DNA of 47,829 nucleotides from Pseudomonadota bacterium (GCA_046723315.1 JBKOUI010000046.1:1-47829), one strand, 5' to 3'. Positions 1 to 9,597 are shown, counted from the first letter of the stretch. The notes: generated from the sequence alone by a model not told the origin. Translations and numbers: made by a program.

Positions 1-123
1 GCTCACGACCATCGCGCCGATTTGCTCTACATGCAGTCGCACTGAGAGTTCACGCGCTGACGTCTCCGGGGTAATGGTCTTCACGCCCGCGGCCTTAGTT
101 TGGAGGACGTCTGTGACTTTCAT
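1..123 (-). CDS. CBS domain-containing protein (5' part; runs off the left edge)
   Basis: Hand translation MKVTDVLQTKAAGVKTITPETSARELSVRLHVEQIGAMVVS matches the N-terminus of stand-alone CBS-pair proteins; GAGG upstream of the ATG; not in the ORF track. Confidence 0.8.
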   Translation of the reverse strand, partial: MKVTDVLQTKAAGVKTITPETSARELSVRLHVEQIGAMVVS

Positions 124-347
124 GATTAAGACCCTCTTGAAACGGTCCAGTCCAAGATAGCTATGTCGAGTTTTGGGTTTCCGAAAGATAGGAGCAGGCA
201 GAGCCGAAAGCCAAATTTTCGGATGAGTTTAGGGTTCGCCTAATTCGATGAGGACGATACGAGCTACTAGATCGAACCTTGACACTGTTGGCCAAGCGTC
301 CGGCTGTCGCACAGCCGATTGGGATGATCTGGCCTCAGCGCGATGAC

Positions 348-1049
348 TTAATATCCACTATTGAAGTGGTAATTCAGCCGAGCACGGACTACCGCAAAGT
401 CTTCGTCTTCTTTCAGTACGAATGGCTCGTCGCCTGCAACGAGGTGTGTGTCATCGGATCCGAAATCGTAAAACAGGCCTTCCACTCCAAGGCTCAAATG
501 AGGAGCCACTTTGTAATCTATCCCGCCCCCGACGACGAAGCCCGTGTCGTTGTTGCCACCGCTGAAGCCGAATGGCCCATCGTCAGCAGAGATCACCACA
601 AAATCATTGTCGCTATCGATGAAGGCAACGCCGCCAGTGCCATAAAACAACCAGTTGCCTGCGCCCCACCCAAGACGACCACGCGCGCTGGCAAGAAAGT
701 TGACGTTATCAGCAAAATCAACATCACCTTCAATGCCCAGGACCCAAGGGCCCGCCTGCCAATTGTAACCGGCCTGCACGCCGCCAATTAAATCCGTGTC
801 GTTAGAGAACGGCAGTGAGAGGTCCTGCTCTTCGCTAAGATCTTTAATGCTGAGGTCATCAGGGTTGAATGCCGCGCCGAGATTGCCGCCGATATAAAAG
901 CCCGACCAAGTCATTCCTAGAGGCGCAGGTGGCAAGGGCTGGGCAGCGAGTGGCGCGGGATGACGTTGCACAAGATCGGCAGCCTTGGCAGGAACGGCAC
1001 TCACTGCCAAAAGCACAGCCATGCCCAAAGCGGCATTCCCTCTAATCAT
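348..1049 (-). CDS. Omp25/Omp31/RopB-family outer membrane beta-barrel protein
   Basis: Signal peptide ending AKA-ADL, TWSGFYIGGNLG, GGVQAGYNWQ, aromatic C-terminal strand LNYHF. Confidence 0.9.
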   Translation of the reverse strand: MIRGNAALGMAVLLAVSAVPAKAADLVQRHPAPLAAQPLPPAPLGMTWSGFYIGGNLGAAFNPDDLSIKDLSEEQDLSLPFSNDTDLIGGVQAGYNWQAGPWVLGIEGDVDFADNVNFLASARGRLGWGAGNWLFYGTGGVAFIDSDNDFVVISADDGPFGFSGGNNDTGFVVGGGIDYKVAPHLSLGVEGLFYDFGSDDTHLVAGDEPFVLKEDEDFAVVRARLNYHFNSGY

Positions 1050-1124
1050 AGCTGATCCCCCTTTGTATGCCTCTTTAGCCCTCGAATAGGGCGGAATGCT
1101 GCCGACGAGGTGGAGGCATTGTGA

Positions 1125-1973
1125 CTACTGCTTGTGCGCAGAGGTACTCGGCGTCTGCCCTTTTCGGACAAAGGGCAGAAGGAGCGACCAGCCGAAACGG
1201 GTGGGCGCTTCGGTCTGATACGGCAGAAGCCCGATGGTCATGCCCTCGTGGCCAGCCTCGGGCTGCGCCGTATAGGTGCGGAACAGCCGGTCCCAAATCG
1301 AGAGATTGAAGCCGTAATTTGAGTCGTGCTCGCGGAAGCGCACCGAGTGATGCACCCGGTGCATATCAGGCGTGACGATGAGGAGCCGCAAGGCGCGGTC
1401 GAGCCATGCCGGCAATGCAATATTGGCGTGGTTGAACATGGCGCATGCGTTGAGGATCATCTCGAACAGGAACACGGCGAGAGGCGGCGCGCCGAGCGGC
1501 ACGACCACGACGATCTTCCACAGCATCGACAGCGCGATCTCGACCGGATGAAAGCGCACCGCCGTGGTCACATCGATATCGCGATCGGCGTGGTGCACCT
1601 GATGCAGGCGCCAGAAGATAGGGATCTTGTGAGAGGCGAGGTGCTGCGCCCAAATAGCCAGATCGAGCACGAGGAGCGAAACCGCGACCTTGACCCACAG
1701 CGGCCAGGCAACTTGGTTCAACAGTCCGAACTGGTACTGCTCCGCGAAGAACGCCGCGAAGATGGCTGCGACGGGGATAGCCAGCATAGCCATTATTCTG
1801 AGCAAAGCGGTAGCCGCAACGCTGATGCCGAAATTGGTGAGCCAGCGCTGCCTCTTCGAGACCAAGAGCTTGCGCTTCGGCCACAACAGTTCGATCAGCG
1901 CCATCAGCAGAAATACGCTGAGGAACACGACAAGGCGGATCAAACCGTCGCTCTGGCCGATAAGACCGTCCAT
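1125..1973 (-). CDS. Sterol desaturase/fatty acid hydroxylase family membrane protein
   Basis: His boxes HLASH, HQVHH, HRVHH and NYGFNLSIWDRLF; start placed at MDGLIG. Confidence 0.88.
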   Translation of the reverse strand: MDGLIGQSDGLIRLVVFLSVFLLMALIELLWPKRKLLVSKRQRWLTNFGISVAATALLRIMAMLAIPVAAIFAAFFAEQYQFGLLNQVAWPLWVKVAVSLLVLDLAIWAQHLASHKIPIFWRLHQVHHADRDIDVTTAVRFHPVEIALSMLWKIVVVVPLGAPPLAVFLFEMILNACAMFNHANIALPAWLDRALRLLIVTPDMHRVHHSVRFREHDSNYGFNLSIWDRLFRTYTAQPEAGHEGMTIGLLPYQTEAPTRFGWSLLLPFVRKGQTPSTSAHKQ

Positions 1974-2007
1974 GAGCGCAATATGGTAGCTGGAGACGGG
2001 TTTTGCG

Positions 2008-2349
2008 TCAGTTCGTCTGGCGGGCGGCGAGGGATAAGCCAAGCACACCGAGAATGACTAGGATAAGGGAGGCGATCTTGAACAGAGTGAGCGGCTCGCG
2101 GAAATAGGTGATGCCGATCATGGCGGCAAGCGTCGTACCTACCCCCGACCAGATGGCGTAGGCCGTAGACAGCTCGAGCCGCTTGAGCGCGAGGATCACG
2201 GCAAGTGCCGAGAACACGTAGAACACCGGGACAGCAATCGAGGGCAGCGGCTCGGAGAAGCCGCGGGAGAGTTTCATCGAGGTGATGCCGGCGACCTCGA
2301 ACAGGATCGCGGTGAACAGCAAAATCCAGGGCAGGAGCTTGTCGGGCAT
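2008..2349 (-). CDS. SMR (DMT superfamily) small multidrug efflux transporter, EmrE/QacE-like
   Basis: About 113 aa, four TM segments, AILFEV with membrane Glu, TAYAIWSGVG. Confidence 0.88.
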   Translation of the reverse strand: MPDKLLPWILLFTAILFEVAGITSMKLSRGFSEPLPSIAVPVFYVFSALAVILALKRLELSTAYAIWSGVGTTLAAMIGITYFREPLTLFKIASLILVILGVLGLSLAARQTN

Positions 2350-2419
2350 TGAGCGCGACTCAAAGCGTGGCGGGTCCTGCATCCAACAGCGAAATTGCGT
2401 GACGCCCTGATGACAGTAC

Positions 2420-3262
2420 CTAAAGAAGCTCGAGCGGACGGGGGCCCGCGGGAGGGGGAAAGGCGCGGTCAAGCTCGGCGAGATCCTGTGCGGTGAGTTC
2501 GATATCGAGTGCCGCGCGGTTCTCCCGCACATGCTCGAGCGTTGCCGCTTTAGGGATCACCATCATGTCCGGCTGGCGGAGCACCCAGGCGAGGGCAATC
2601 TGTGCGGTGGTTGCGCGATGGCGGATAGCGACGCCGGTAAGGACGCGATCACGCAAGAGTCGCCCTTGCTCGATCGGCGAATAGGCCTGGATCGGGACGC
2701 CTCGCGCCCGGCACCAGGGTAGAAGGCCGGCTTCGACTCCGCGGCGCCTGAGATTGTAGAGCACCTGATTGGCAGCGCAGGCATCGCCGCCGTCTAACGC
2801 GAACAGCTCCTCCATATCGCTGACATCGAAATTGCTCACCCCCCAATAGCGAATCGATCCCGCACTCACGAGAGCTTCGAAAGCCGACAGCGTCTCTTCG
2901 AGCCTCGGCCGGCCGCGCCAATGCAGGAGATAAAGGTCGATGCGATCGGTGTTGAGGCGCTTTAGGCTTCGCTCACACGCGGCAATGGTGCGCGCGCGTG
3001 TCGAGTTCTCTGGCAGCACCTTGGTCACGACGAAGCACTCGTCGCGCCGTCCCTTGATGGCCTCGGCCACCACCAACTCTGCATCGGCGTAAAGTTCTGC
3101 GGTATCGATCAGCGTCATACCAAGATCGAGCCCGAGCTTCAGCGCCGCAATCTCCTCGCCACGGCGCCGGCCGCTCTCGCCCATGTGCCACGTGCCCTGG
3201 CCGAGCTGCGGCACCTTCTCGCCGGAGGGGAGAATCACCGTGGGGAGACCTGCCATTGCCAT
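2420..3262 (-). CDS. Aldo/keto reductase
   Basis: [32 protein letters not shown] and VIPKA motifs. Confidence 0.93.
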   Translation of the reverse strand: MAMAGLPTVILPSGEKVPQLGQGTWHMGESGRRRGEEIAALKLGLDLGMTLIDTAELYADAELVVAEAIKGRRDECFVVTKVLPENSTRARTIAACERSLKRLNTDRIDLYLLHWRGRPRLEETLSAFEALVSAGSIRYWGVSNFDVSDMEELFALDGGDACAANQVLYNLRRRGVEAGLLPWCRARGVPIQAYSPIEQGRLLRDRVLTGVAIRHRATTAQIALAWVLRQPDMMVIPKAATLEHVRENRAALDIELTAQDLAELDRAFPPPAGPRPLELL

Positions 3263-3275
3263 GAAGCGATACACC

Positions 3276-3314
3276 AAAAGAATGAGGCGCGGCGCCTGCA
3301 GAAGCGCCGCGCCT
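3276..3314 (-). terminator. Probable intrinsic terminator of the HdeD-family gene
   Basis: 11-bp inverted repeat AGGCGCGGCGC/GCGCCGCGCCT followed by CATTCTTTT on the minus strand. Confidence 0.65.
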
Positions 3315-3342
3315 TGATCATAACGTCTGTCGGACTAAGGGC

Positions 3343-3972
3343 TTAAGCCTTCTTTGCCGACGCGCTCGCCGGCGTCTTCCGTTCGCGCTCCTCTTTCCGC
3401 GAGTGAAGCTGGAAAGCGAGAATGAGCAGGACCACGCCGAAGACAAGCGCGTAGGCGCCGATCCACATGGTGAGGACCACGGCGCCGACCAGGGGCTCGA
3501 TCACGAGGAGGATGCCGAAGATGACGGACGCGATTCCGCCAAGCGCGAGCCACCAGCGGCCGTGATCGATATTGAGTGTGAAGGCTGAAGCGAGCATCAG
3601 CGCTCCCGATACGATCGCCCAGATCGCGATCAGCCACGTCAAGGCAACCAGCGTGATGAGGGGCCAAAGGTAGGCAACCACGCCGGCCGCGATATCCACG
3701 ATGCCTTCGAGGATCAGGAGGCCCCAGCGCTCGCCGTTCCGCGCCGCCTTGATGCCCGAGACGATGGCGAACACGCCATCGACCAGCATGTAAGCCGCGA
3801 ACAGGATGACGAAGGCGCCAACCGCAATCCCCGGCGTGAGCAAGCAGATGAGCCCAAAAAGAATGCCCAAAAGGCCGCGCAGCCCCACCGCCCACCAGCT
3901 ATCAGCCAAGACCTCGCTCAATGCGTCGCAACGCGCCCAGTCGGGCGTCGACGCGCTTCCCTTCGCAGCCAT
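3343..3972 (-). CDS. HdeD family acid-resistance membrane protein (DUF308)
   Basis: WWAVGLRGLLGILFG...P repeat architecture, about six TM segments; AAGGAGG RBS. Confidence 0.9.
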   Translation of the reverse strand: MAAKGSASTPDWARCDALSEVLADSWWAVGLRGLLGILFGLICLLTPGIAVGAFVILFAAYMLVDGVFAIVSGIKAARNGERWGLLILEGIVDIAAGVVAYLWPLITLVALTWLIAIWAIVSGALMLASAFTLNIDHGRWWLALGGIASVIFGILLVIEPLVGAVVLTMWIGAYALVFGVVLLILAFQLHSRKEERERKTPASASAKKA

Positions 3973-4013
3973 GAGACGACCTCCTTAGATCAGGATTGAT
4001 CAATCAAGGTTTG

Positions 4014-4035
4014 CTTTACGCCAACTTTACGCCAA
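4014..4035. promoter_or_regulatory. Tandem 11-bp direct repeat upstream of the HdeD gene, candidate response-regulator site
   Basis: CTTTACGCCAA twice, one helical turn apart. Confidence 0.4.
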
Positions 4036-4115
4036 ACCGATTAGGCGGCAATCGTGAAGCCAATATAACTGCCAGACTCGCAAACTGCCGCCAAAGAAAC
4101 TATTCGCTCTCGCGC

Positions 4116-5072
4116 CTAGTCTTGCCTCTCGAGCTCTAAGCCAACCTCCGAGGCTAGTCCCGCCACGGTCTGCCTCAGCCAGACATGGCCGGGATCTTGG
4201 TCGAAGCTTGCATGCCAAAGGAGCGAGATGGTGAAAGTCGGGAGGTCAATCGGCGCGGGGCTGGTGGTAAGGCCGAACGCCTCGGCAAAATAGCGGGCGA
4301 GCCGCGACGGCATGGTAGTGACGATCGGCGCCCGACGCAGCACGAATGGCACGGCGAGGAAGCCCGGCGTGGTCAGGGCTATGGTGCGCTTCAACTTGAG
4401 CTTGGCGAGCACATCGTCCACCGCCCCGTGAGCATCGTCGCTCAGGCTGGTCAGGACGTGCGGCACCCGCAGATAGTCTGCGAGAGAGATGGGTGGAGCG
4501 AGCTTGAGCTGCTTCGGGCTGAACAGACAAAGGAAATTGTCGGTGTAAAGCGGGCGGCGTTTGTGATGGATCTGTCCGTGGTCGAACACGCCGATGCCGA
4601 GATCGAGCCTGCCTGAATCGAGTTCCTCAAGGATGCTTAAGCGATTGATAGAGCGTAGCCGCAAGGCAACATCGGGCGCCGCACGGCGCAAGCGCGCCAT
4701 CAGGCCGGGAATGAGCGCAACCTCGATCGAGTCGGCAAGGCCGATTCTGAAAGCGCGGTCCGCGGTCGACGGGTCGAACGCCTCGCGCTGCAATATGGCG
4801 GCTTGAATCTGCGAAAGCGTCACGCGCACCGGATCGGCCAACGCAAGTGCACGCGGCGTCGGCCGCATGCCATCGGCGCCGCGCGTGAGCAGCTCATCGC
4901 CGAACAAGGTCCTGAGCCGCGCGAGATTGTGGCTCATCGCCGACTGGCCGAGGCCGACGCGCGCCGCCGCTCGCGTGACGCTGCGTTCAGTCAGCAGTGC
5001 GTCGAACGCGACCAGCAGATTCAGGTCGAGCCTGCTTAAATTGGCGTGATCGATACTCGTCATCGATATCAT
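4116..5072 (-). CDS. LysR family transcriptional regulator (NodD/LeuO-like)
   Basis: LDLNLLVAFDALLTERSVTRAAARVGLGQSAMSHNLARLR HTH; C-terminal LLWH...DPGHVWLR; start may be 5063 or 5072. Confidence 0.93.
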   Translation of the reverse strand: MISMTSIDHANLSRLDLNLLVAFDALLTERSVTRAAARVGLGQSAMSHNLARLRTLFGDELLTRGADGMRPTPRALALADPVRVTLSQIQAAILQREAFDPSTADRAFRIGLADSIEVALIPGLMARLRRAAPDVALRLRSINRLSILEELDSGRLDLGIGVFDHGQIHHKRRPLYTDNFLCLFSPKQLKLAPPISLADYLRVPHVLTSLSDDAHGAVDDVLAKLKLKRTIALTTPGFLAVPFVLRRAPIVTTMPSRLARYFAEAFGLTTSPAPIDLPTFTISLLWHASFDQDPGHVWLRQTVAGLASEVGLELERQD

Positions 5073-5085
5073 CGATTGGACTGAT
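5049..5085. promoter_or_regulatory. Overlapping ATC-N9-GAT (nod-box-like) LysR sites
   Basis: ATCGATATCATCGAT at 5062-5076, ATCGATTGGACTGAT at 5071-5085 and ATC-N9-CAT at 5049-5063, all overlapping the LysR start. Confidence 0.55.
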
Positions 5086-5100
5086 GATACGAGAGCGACC

Positions 5101-5181
5101 ATGTTTGAAGCAACACCAAATCAGGAGTCGTATTGCCGCGCCGCGGTTGGACCGCGGCACGTGATCGTCGATCCGGCGTAA
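5101..5181 (+). pseudogene. Truncated 26-aa ORF divergent from LysR (possible remnant of its target gene)
   Basis: MFEATPNQESYCRAAVGPRHVIVDPA-stop directly after the LysR boxes, with GAGAG upstream. Confidence 0.35.
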
Positions 5182-5605
5182 CTGGTAACGGGTATTTGAT
5201 TGCATTTGCGAGCCCAGGAGATGCTGGACCTCAATGCGGCGCGCACTGCCGTCGAAAATCTAAGGCGCCGTGCCGCTCGCGTTTGACCTCGCCAGCTTGA
5301 CACCAGGCGCTCCCTAGCGGCGCCTCGCGAGGCCACCCGGCCGTCCTTCTGCACCGCGAGTCGGAAGGGCGGCCGGACTCTTGCCAGTGCGCGCGGTGCC
5401 GGCGAGCATCGCGTCGCGAATTTCGGCGAAAGGCGGGTAATTCCTTCCACGCAAGCTTGTTGTGTGTGCGCGAGACGCGCGCGCTCGTCTGGTCGATGAG
5501 AATGGGAGCGCCTTGGCTGTTAGGTGCATGCCGATGGAGCTTCAATGCCGCCGCAAACGTTGTGTAACTGAGTGCAAAGAGCGGGGAATCAAAACTAGGA
5601 CTGGC

Positions 5606-6997
5606 ATGCCGAAGGCACCCTTGACAATGTGCGTAGTCGGCGGCGGCTTCACGGGGGCCGCCGTTGCTGTCGCGTGCCTCTCTCATCTCAAGTTTCCGTT
5701 CCGCCTTATCATGATCGAGGGCGCAAGCTCGCTTGGGCGCGGTCTTGCCTATGGCAGCCATCATCCGCTCAATCTGCTCAACGTGCGCACGCGCGATCTT
5801 TCGATCCGTGCCGGCCAGCCCGGCGATTTTTTGAACTGGGCGTTTCGCCAGCTCGATCAGGGTGAGAACCAGGCAGCCCTGCATGAAGCGCTCGCGCACA
5901 CCTTCCTGCCGCGTCAGCTGTTCGGTGAATATGTGCGCCAGAGGTTGTTCGATTCGGTTGCGCGTAGGCCTGACGTCACGTTCACCGTGGTCACCGCCTC
6001 GGCGCGCGGCCTAAGTTCCGAGAGCGGACGCTATCGCATCGATCTCGACAAGGCCGAGCCGGTCAGCGCCGACGTCGTCATTCTGGCCACCGCCTACGGT
6101 TTGCAACAGGCCCGCTCGCATGGCGCGCTCGCGCCATTCGAGATCGTTTCCGCGGAGCGCACCGCTGCCGCAAGCTCAATGGTGCTGATCGGCTCGGGCT
6201 TGACCATGGTCGACGTGCTGCTCGCTGCTCGCCGCGATGGTTTTCAGGGAAAAGCCATTGTTATCTCGCGCCGTGGGCAGTTGCCGCGCGCGCACGCGCC
6301 GAAAGGCGTAGTGCCGCAGCAGTTGGCGATCCCTCACTCCAAACGAGTCTCGTTGCTCGCGGCGTCAATCCGCATCGCTTGCGAGATGGCCGAGAACAGC
6401 GGCACGCCGTGGCAGGCGATCATCAACGGGTTGCGGCCCTCGGTGCAGGACATATGGCAGGGATTGCCGCCAGACGAGCAGTCGCGCTTCTTGCGCCACC
6501 TGCGCCCGTTCTGGGACGCGCATCGCCATCGGCTTCCCATGGAAGTGCATGGACGCCTCAAGTCCGAGTTCAGCGACGGCCGCGCCGTGCTACTGCGCGC
6601 CGCGGTGACTCAGGTGACCCGCGAGGGCGACAGATTTGCCGTCACGGTTCAGAAGCGTGGCGCGCGGAGTCCAGAGACGCTCGACACGGACCTCGCCTAT
6701 GACTGCACGGGCTTCAAGCCGGATCTCGACCAGCCTTTGATCAAGAGACTGTTTGCCCAGGGGCTTGCTCGTTCCGATCCGCATCGTCTCGGCCTCGCGG
6801 TCGAACGCAACGGCCAGGTGATAAGCGCTAGCGGTATCGCTGATGGCCTGTTCGCGATCGGGCCGCTCTGCCAAGGCTCGCTCTGGGAGATCACGGCAGT
6901 CCCCGAAATCGTGGCGCAGGCCGATCAAATGGCGCAAAGCCTTGCATCTCTTCACGAAGCTGAGGCCGAAGCCAAGCGCCTCGCGGCCTGCTCTTGA
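5606..6997 (+). CDS. FAD/NAD(P)-binding oxidoreductase (YdhS-like)
   Basis: VVGGGFTG, GRGLAY...LLNV, IGSGLTMVD, SRRGQLP, WDAHRHR, WEITAVPEI. Confidence 0.88.
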   Translation: MPKAPLTMCVVGGGFTGAAVAVACLSHLKFPFRLIMIEGASSLGRGLAYGSHHPLNLLNVRTRDLSIRAGQPGDFLNWAFRQLDQGENQAALHEALAHTFLPRQLFGEYVRQRLFDSVARRPDVTFTVVTASARGLSSESGRYRIDLDKAEPVSADVVILATAYGLQQARSHGALAPFEIVSAERTAAASSMVLIGSGLTMVDVLLAARRDGFQGKAIVISRRGQLPRAHAPKGVVPQQLAIPHSKRVSLLAASIRIACEMAENSGTPWQAIINGLRPSVQDIWQGLPPDEQSRFLRHLRPFWDAHRHRLPMEVHGRLKSEFSDGRAVLLRAAVTQVTREGDRFAVTVQKRGARSPETLDTDLAYDCTGFKPDLDQPLIKRLFAQGLARSDPHRLGLAVERNGQVISASGIADGLFAIGPLCQGSLWEITAVPEIVAQADQMAQSLASLHEAEAEAKRLAACS

Positions 6998-7050
6998 TTT
7001 CGCTGCACTGCACTGCAACCGGCTTGACTACGGCCGCAGTCGGGAATCGA

Positions 7051-7308
7051 ATGCGGGACGGTGAGGGGCAGCCACAGGAGGGTTACGTGGCCGCCGATCC
7101 AATGACCTGCCGACGGCATGCCAACGCATGCCTCCGCCTCGCTGAAACCGCGAAAACATCCGAGCTCAGCACCGCGCTTCTCAGCATGGCTCAAACTTGC
7201 GCCAAGCTTGCGACCGATACCGAGCATTACGAGAGAATCCTAATTGCCCGGTGCAAAAAGGAACCCTGTGTTGGCGCCAGGCCGCTGGCCGTTGACGCCT
7301 GGCTCTGA
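7051..7308 (+). CDS. Small hypothetical helical protein
   Basis: CRRHANACLRLAETA...LLSMAQTCAKLA pattern typical of small rhizobial hypothetical proteins. Confidence 0.5.
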   Translation: MRDGEGQPQEGYVAADPMTCRRHANACLRLAETAKTSELSTALLSMAQTCAKLATDTEHYERILIARCKKEPCVGARPLAVDAWL

Positions 7309-7403
7309 GCCAGTCTCTGAGACTGCAAAAGCGCGCGGGAAGCGAGGTGCTAGGCATCAGCCGCGAAAAAATCCGAAGCTCGCACGCTAACTCACGGGGC
7401 GCG

Positions 7404-7508
7404 TTAATCTTTCGCTATGGTTAACGTGACTCGGCCCTCAAAAAGCCACGAAACCGCTGAAAATCATGAGGTTTCCGGCGGAGTGTGGGGCACGCCGCCG
7501 TTAACCAT
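7404..7508. promoter_or_regulatory. CtrA-like TTAACCAT half-sites with adjacent GANTC site
   Basis: ATGGTTAA at 7417-7424, TTAACCAT at 7501-7508, an extra TTAA at 7404, GACTC at 7428-7432. Confidence 0.5.
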
Positions 7509-7557
7509 GCCTGTGTAATCGTCAGCAACTCTGGGGCCGGGGGAGGAAGCTGATGAC

Positions 7558-8793
7558 ATGCGTAGTCTCGCCTTCATTCTGCTCGCCTCCTTCGGCGTTG
7601 CTGGAACAGCACTTCCTTGCGCCGCACAAAGCAGCATCTCCACCGGACAAAGCCTCACCGTCGCGAAACAGGCCACGCCCGAGCGGTTGGCGCCGCCACA
7701 GGCGCAAACGACTTCTCCGCCCGTGCAGGTGCTGACCACGAAGCCCACACCCATTCCGGTCTCGCCCCCGCGCGACGATGCCTACGTGCCACAGCCGCAG
7801 GCTTACGCGCCGCCGGCACAGGCCGCGCCGGCCACTTACGCAGGGCAACCGTCGCCAGAGGCGCAAGGCTCATTCACCACGGCCGAGAAGCTGATGGATT
7901 GGATCTCGAACTACCGCAAGCATCCCAATCCTTCGCGGGTTCCCGCCGCGGTCCACGCCATGGAGGATTACGGGCTGCTGCGCGACGAGGAGAAGGCGTG
8001 GTTCTGCACTGGCTTCATCGCCGGCGTGCTCGGCTCGAATCCCAAGGACGGCCCCGCTCTCATCCCGAGGATGTTTCCGCTGCCCGACAAGGAACAGGCG
8101 GTAATCATCAGGGCGATCGTCTATTCCGGCCGCCCTGACTGGCGCGATCTGCTCGAGAAGAACTCGTCGCGCATGCCGCTCCGCCGCCCGCTGATCGATG
8201 ACTTCCTGCAGGGCAAGCGGCCGACGCTGATGGAATTGCCGCTCGTCGACGGCGGCACGCCCGGCATCTATGCACTATGGGGCTACTACGTTGCGACCGG
8301 CGCTCATGAGCCGGTGGTGCGCATCATGCAGGCCCTGCAATGGTCGCGTAACAAGGACGACCACCGATTCTCGTTCAAGAAGATCTTCTCCGGTTGGGGA
8401 GGGGATGCCTCGGCGCTCGACAAGATCACGACTGGCGGCACCGCCAAATGGACGCTAGCGTCTTACGCCGAACGTGACCGCGACCTGCTCAATCTCTACC
8501 GCTCCGAAGCCGAGCGTCAGCCCGAATCGATCTCAAAGCCGCTGAAAGACGTGATCGTGGCAGCCGAAGCCTTCGAGTCGGAGACGATTCGCAAAGACCA
8601 GTTTGGCGCCATTGAGGACGCGCAAAAGCAGCAAATGTCGACTGAAGCGGGGATGTCCAAGGGCGCGACCGCCGGCTCTATCGCCATTGCGACAGGCTGC
8701 GTCGCGGCGACCGCGCTCGGTCAGCCTGAGATCGCCATTCCCTGCGTGATCGGCGGCGCGCTTTACACCGGCGCGGTGAAGCTCTCGCACTAG
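7558..8793 (+). CDS. Exported hypothetical protein with Pro/Gln-rich linker, helical core and hydrophobic C-terminal hairpin
   Basis: Signal peptide, GGAGG RBS, long ORF with normal codon bias. Confidence 0.8.
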   Translation: MRSLAFILLASFGVAGTALPCAAQSSISTGQSLTVAKQATPERLAPPQAQTTSPPVQVLTTKPTPIPVSPPRDDAYVPQPQAYAPPAQAAPATYAGQPSPEAQGSFTTAEKLMDWISNYRKHPNPSRVPAAVHAMEDYGLLRDEEKAWFCTGFIAGVLGSNPKDGPALIPRMFPLPDKEQAVIIRAIVYSGRPDWRDLLEKNSSRMPLRRPLIDDFLQGKRPTLMELPLVDGGTPGIYALWGYYVATGAHEPVVRIMQALQWSRNKDDHRFSFKKIFSGWGGDASALDKITTGGTAKWTLASYAERDRDLLNLYRSEAERQPESISKPLKDVIVAAEAFESETIRKDQFGAIEDAQKQQMSTEAGMSKGATAGSIAIATGCVAATALGQPEIAIPCVIGGALYTGAVKLSH

Positions 8794-8802
8794 GCGCTAA
8801 TG

Positions 8803-9096
8803 TTACTCAGTGCCGCGGCGGATGAAGTAGCCGACCACAAGGCCGAGGCCGAGCGCGAGGATCAGCGACGCGGCGAGATTATCCTTCATCAGGTCCTCGG
8901 CCTCTTGCGCCGTCTCCGAGGCATAGTCGCGGGCGCGGCCATATTGGCGGCTGGCACGCTTGCCGACGGTTTGCGACAGCTCCTGCACATAATCGCGCAA
9001 ACTGTCGAGCTGATCGTAGAGATCGTCCACATCGAGGTCCTTCACATCTTTGACGAACCTCGCGGCCTTGCGCTCAGCTCTGGCTAAGCTCACCAT
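8803..9096 (-). CDS. DUF883/ElaB/YqjD-like tail-anchored protein
   Basis: Helical N-terminus plus C-terminal TM NLAASLILALGLGLVVGYFIRR; GGAG RBS. Confidence 0.8.
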   Translation of the reverse strand: MVSLARAERKAARFVKDVKDLDVDDLYDQLDSLRDYVQELSQTVGKRASRQYGRARDYASETAQEAEDLMKDNLAASLILALGLGLVVGYFIRRGTE

Positions 9097-9149
9097 TGCG
9101 ATCCTCCATGCAAACGAATGCGCCCGTCCGCCTGCCGGTGCATAGCAGA

Positions 9150-9175
9150 AACGGCTGGAGCCGCTCTTGCGTTCC
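9150..9175 (-). promoter_or_regulatory. Sigma-EcfG (general stress response) type promoter of the DUF883 gene
   Basis: Exact GGAAC-N17-CGTT on the minus strand. Confidence 0.7.
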
Positions 9176-9183
9176 AAAACGAG

Positions 9184-9597
9184 CTAAAGCATGAGGTTGC
9201 GCGCTCTGATGCCACGCTCGATGCCGGCAGTGGTGAGTTTGTCGAGCTCGAGGCTGTCGCCCAGCATTTCGAGGAAACGGGTCTCCTCTGGCTTCACCTC
9301 GCGGTCAGCCGCTGCAATTTCGAGGGCGACCGCGTAAGCCGTCTCGCGCAACTTCTTCGGCAGCGCGCTCTTCACCAAGATGAGGACACGATCGAGCCCG
9401 CCGTCCTCACTCAGGACTCCGCCGCAGGTCTCGGCGGTCTTGACCAGGTGATCCTGATTGAAATCGGCAAACACGGGCAGGTTGGACACGATTTCGCCGA
9501 TGCGGGAAAGCTCGGCGTCGGTCATGGTCCGATCCACGGCCGACATGGTGACCATCACATAGATGAGCGCAGCGTGATGGTTCAACGGCTCGGTCAT
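9184..9597 (-). CDS. Tellurite resistance TerB family protein
   Basis: ALIYVMVTMSAVD...E, LRETAYAVALEIAAAD...EE. Confidence 0.85.
   Translation of the reverse strand: MTEPLNHHAALIYVMVTMSAVDRTMTDAELSRIGEIVSNLPVFADFNQDHLVKTAETCGGVLSEDGGLDRVLILVKSALPKKLRETAYAVALEIAAADREVKPEETRFLEMLGDSLELDKLTTAGIERGIRARNLML

Noticed and set aside
2350-2420. Guanidine riboswitch upstream of the SMR gene
   Set aside because: No paired ACGR-loop hairpins or other ykkC hallmark seen, and the protein looks EmrE/Qac-like rather than Gdx-like
3995-4010. FNR/FixK box upstream of the hdeD-like gene
   Set aside because: TTGAT and ATCAA are separated by 2 nt, not the required 4
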